A DNA stretch of 64,000 nt from Pseudomonadota bacterium. Its GTDB lineage: Bacteria; Pseudomonadota; Alphaproteobacteria; Rhizobiales; UBA4765. The stretch is from assembly GCA_041694995.1 (NCBI GenBank), contig JBGFRS010000049.1:38001-102000 (forward strand), written 5' to 3'. Under the pieces are notes generated by a model. The model did not search any database and was not told where the DNA came from. It saw nothing but the letters and a program-made list of their open reading frames with translations. A program made the position numbers and the translations under genes. Position 1 is the first letter of the stretch. The number at the start of each line of letters is the position of its first letter. Below are positions 61,959 through 64,000 of this stretch, piece after piece.

Positions 61959-62345
61959 TCAGCTTTCCGCAAAGACCGCGTCGATCTTGCCTTTGAGCGT
62001 CTGCGCGTTGAACGGCTTGACGATGTAGTTCGACACTCCCGCCTTCTTGGCGGCGATGACGTTCTCGGTTTTCGACTCTGCCGTCACCATGATGAACGGC
62101 GTCCTCGACAGCGAAGCGTCGGCCCGAACCTCCTTCAGGAGTTCGTAGCCCGTCATCGGCTCCATGTTCCAATCGGAGATGACGAGGCCATACTTGCGGG
62201 CTTTCATCTTGGCGAGCGCGGCGGCTCCGTCGCTTGCCTCGTCCACATCCTCGAAACCCAACTGTTTCAACAGGTTACGGATGATCCGGACCATCGTGTT
62301 GTAGTCGTCCACGACCAGCACCGGCATCGAAGTATCGACGGCCAT
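61959..62345 (-). CDS. cheY: single-domain CheY-like response regulator
   Basis: 128 aa. Contains VLVVDD, LVISDWNMEPMTG and YIVKPF. Confidence 0.85.
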   Translation of the reverse strand: MAVDTSMPVLVVDDYNTMVRIIRNLLKQLGFEDVDEASDGAAALAKMKARKYGLVISDWNMEPMTGYELLKEVRADASLSRTPFIMVTAESKTENVIAAKKAGVSNYIVKPFNAQTLKGKIDAVFAES

Positions 62346-62557
62346 GTCCTTGCCTCACGCTGAACGGGCCCAGCTTCTGCCGGGCGTGCCCCACACCCTT
62401 CGTGCGGCTCCGTCCGGTTCCGCACAACGTCTCGGGAACACTACGGAGCGCCACCCAACGTTCGGTTAACGCCTTTCTCCTCACATCCGACGAAGTCGGT
62501 GCTTGTTGGCACTTCTTCCGCCCACTAGCGTTTCGGCGACAGGAGTGGTCCCACATC

Positions 62558-63013
62558 GTGCGCATCGAACCTCAGCGCTATTTCGAAGACCTGGAAACCG
62601 GCATGGAAGCCGCGGTGACACGGACGGTCACCGAATTCGACGTCATTGCTTTCGCCGGCATTTCGGGCGACGCCAATCCGATCCATCTGGACGAGGCCTA
62701 CGCGCGCAAGACGCGGTTCGGCGGGCGGATTGCGCATGGCATGCTCTCCGCTTCGTTGTTGTCCGCGGTTCTCGGCACGCGCTTGCCAGGACCGGGGGCG
62801 ATTTATATGTCGCAAACCCTATTCTTCCGTGCGCCGGTGATGATAGGCGCGGAGGTCACTGCCGCCGTGCGCATCGTCGAACTCATTGAAGCAAAGTCGC
62901 GCGTGCGCCTCGCCTGCGCATGTTTGGTGGGTGAGGATGCGGTCATCGAAGGCGAGGCCCTCATGTACGTGCCCAAGCGGGATTCCGTGACGATCGCGCC
63001 CGGCAATCCTTGA
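62558..63013 (+). CDS. MaoC-like (R)-specific enoyl-CoA hydratase/dehydratase
   Basis: Part of track ORF 62402-63013. Contains FAGISGDANPIHLDEAYA. The GTG 62558 start is tentative. Confidence 0.75.
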   Translation: MRIEPQRYFEDLETGMEAAVTRTVTEFDVIAFAGISGDANPIHLDEAYARKTRFGGRIAHGMLSASLLSAVLGTRLPGPGAIYMSQTLFFRAPVMIGAEVTAAVRIVELIEAKSRVRLACACLVGEDAVIEGEALMYVPKRDSVTIAPGNP

Positions 63014-63064
63014 CCGTATGCACGCAAATAGGCACCAACGCTCCGACATGAGTAGGCTCGATCG

Positions 63065-64000
63065 GTGACTTCTGCCTTCGCGTTCGACGCGTTCAGAGAC
63101 GTGCCCGCGCGGCTGCGCGGCGGGTCTGTTGCAATCGGCAATTTCGACGGCGTGCACCGAGGCCATCAAGCCGTCATCGACCGCGCTCGGGCGGGCGCGA
63201 TGCGTGTCTCTGGACCGCTGCTGGCCGTGACATTCGAACCGCACCCGCGCACCTTCTTCAAGCCGGAAGCTCCCGTGTTCCGGTTGACACCCCGGGCGGC
63301 GAAAGCGGAGCTACTGCGCGCCGTCGGTGCCGATGGCGTCGTCGTGCTGCCCTTCGACGCCGATCTCGCGAACCTTGACGCTCCTGCGTTCATCGATCGC
63401 GTGCTCTCAATTGGACTTGGTGCGTCTCACGTCGTTGCAGGCTTCGATTTTCATTTCGGCAAGGGACGGACCGGAACGCCACAACTCCTCCTGAACGAGG
63501 GCAACGCCAGGGGATTTACCACGGAGATCGTTTCAGCCTTCCGCGACGAGCGCGGACGGGTCGTTTCATCGTCGCTGATCCGCGACGCGCTTGCGGACGG
63601 CGATGTTGCCAGCGCCAATGACGATCTCGGGTGGCGATGGTTCGTCGATGGAGCCGTCGTGTACGGAGATAAGCGTGGCCGAACCCTCGGATATCCGACG
63701 GCCAATATGGTTCTTCCGCCGGAGGTTCAGCTTCGTCACGGCGTCTATGCCGTGCGAGCCCGCGTCGATGGGTTCTGGTTTTCCGGCGCTGCCAACTACG
63801 GCAGGCGACCGCAGTTCGGCGATGGGCCGACCCTGCTTGAGACCTATATCTGCGATTTCCGCGGCGATCTCTACGGCAAGACCGTCCGTATCGAATTCTG
63901 CGCCTTCCTGCGTCCGGAATCGGTGTTCGAGAACGTTGCCGCCCTCGTGGCCCGCATGGACCGCGACGTCGCGGATGCACGCAAGGCGGTGTCGTCCGTG
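63065..64000 (+). CDS. ribF: bifunctional riboflavin kinase / FAD synthetase (3' end cut by window edge)
   Basis: Not in the track because there is no stop in the window. GTG 63065 follows an in-frame TAG. Contains IGNFDGVHRGHQAV and GDKRGRTLGYPTAN. Confidence 0.9.
   Translation, partial: MTSAFAFDAFRDVPARLRGGSVAIGNFDGVHRGHQAVIDRARAGAMRVSGPLLAVTFEPHPRTFFKPEAPVFRLTPRAAKAELLRAVGADGVVVLPFDADLANLDAPAFIDRVLSIGLGASHVVAGFDFHFGKGRTGTPQLLLNEGNARGFTTEIVSAFRDERGRVVSSSLIRDALADGDVASANDDLGWRWFVDGAVVYGDKRGRTLGYPTANMVLPPEVQLRHGVYAVRARVDGFWFSGAANYGRRPQFGDGPTLLETYICDFRGDLYGKTVRIEFCAFLRPESVFENVAALVARMDRDVADARKAVSSV

Noticed and set aside
62506-62520. Sigma54-like motif TGGCACT-N4-CCGC with correct GG-N10-GC spacing, upstream of the MaoC gene.
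   Set aside because: The -12 element lacks the TT of TTGC, there is no enhancer-binding protein gene nearby, and the maoC start itself is uncertain. It is too weak to call.

Overview
This is a high-GC (roughly two-thirds G+C by eye) chromosomal segment. Its gene content and synteny look like an alphaproteobacterium of the Hyphomicrobiales/Rhizobiales type. That is an inference from ctaC-ctaD, an IalB-like gene, the DUF4170-DUF374-waaA-lpxK-DUF2093 block, hisS/hisZ/hisG, CIRCE-controlled groES-groEL, an orphan cheY-cheZ pair and ribF. I call about 68 protein-coding genes, nearly all housekeeping or ordinary transport and regulation, densely packed and often with ATGA/GTGA start-stop overlaps. 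Two genes run off the window edges and are missing from the ORF track: ctaD at the left and ribF at the right. I saw no rRNA, tRNA, CRISPR array or intact mobile element. Many of the longest ORFs in the track lie antisense to real genes and are high-GC shadow ORFs. Accessory or odd content is limited:
- three gene relics: an AbiEii-type toxin fragment after tldD, a KefB/C N-terminal stub in front of a MATE gene, and an IS3-like transposase tail next to a GGDEF-EAL gene
- a leaderless SNase-fold nuclease plus a REP-like palindrome inserted between hisS and hisZ-hisG
- a translationally coupled hydrolase / APH-fold kinase / patatin operon
- a MarR-linked DMT / His-rich / DUF305 putative metal locus
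- a perfect AT-rich 12-bp-arm palindrome
- xseA without a canonical start codon
- a 32-codon hydrophobic ORF coupled to pdxY

I did not find a convincing novel multi-gene system. All family assignments rest on motifs read by eye and need HMM or BLAST confirmation.
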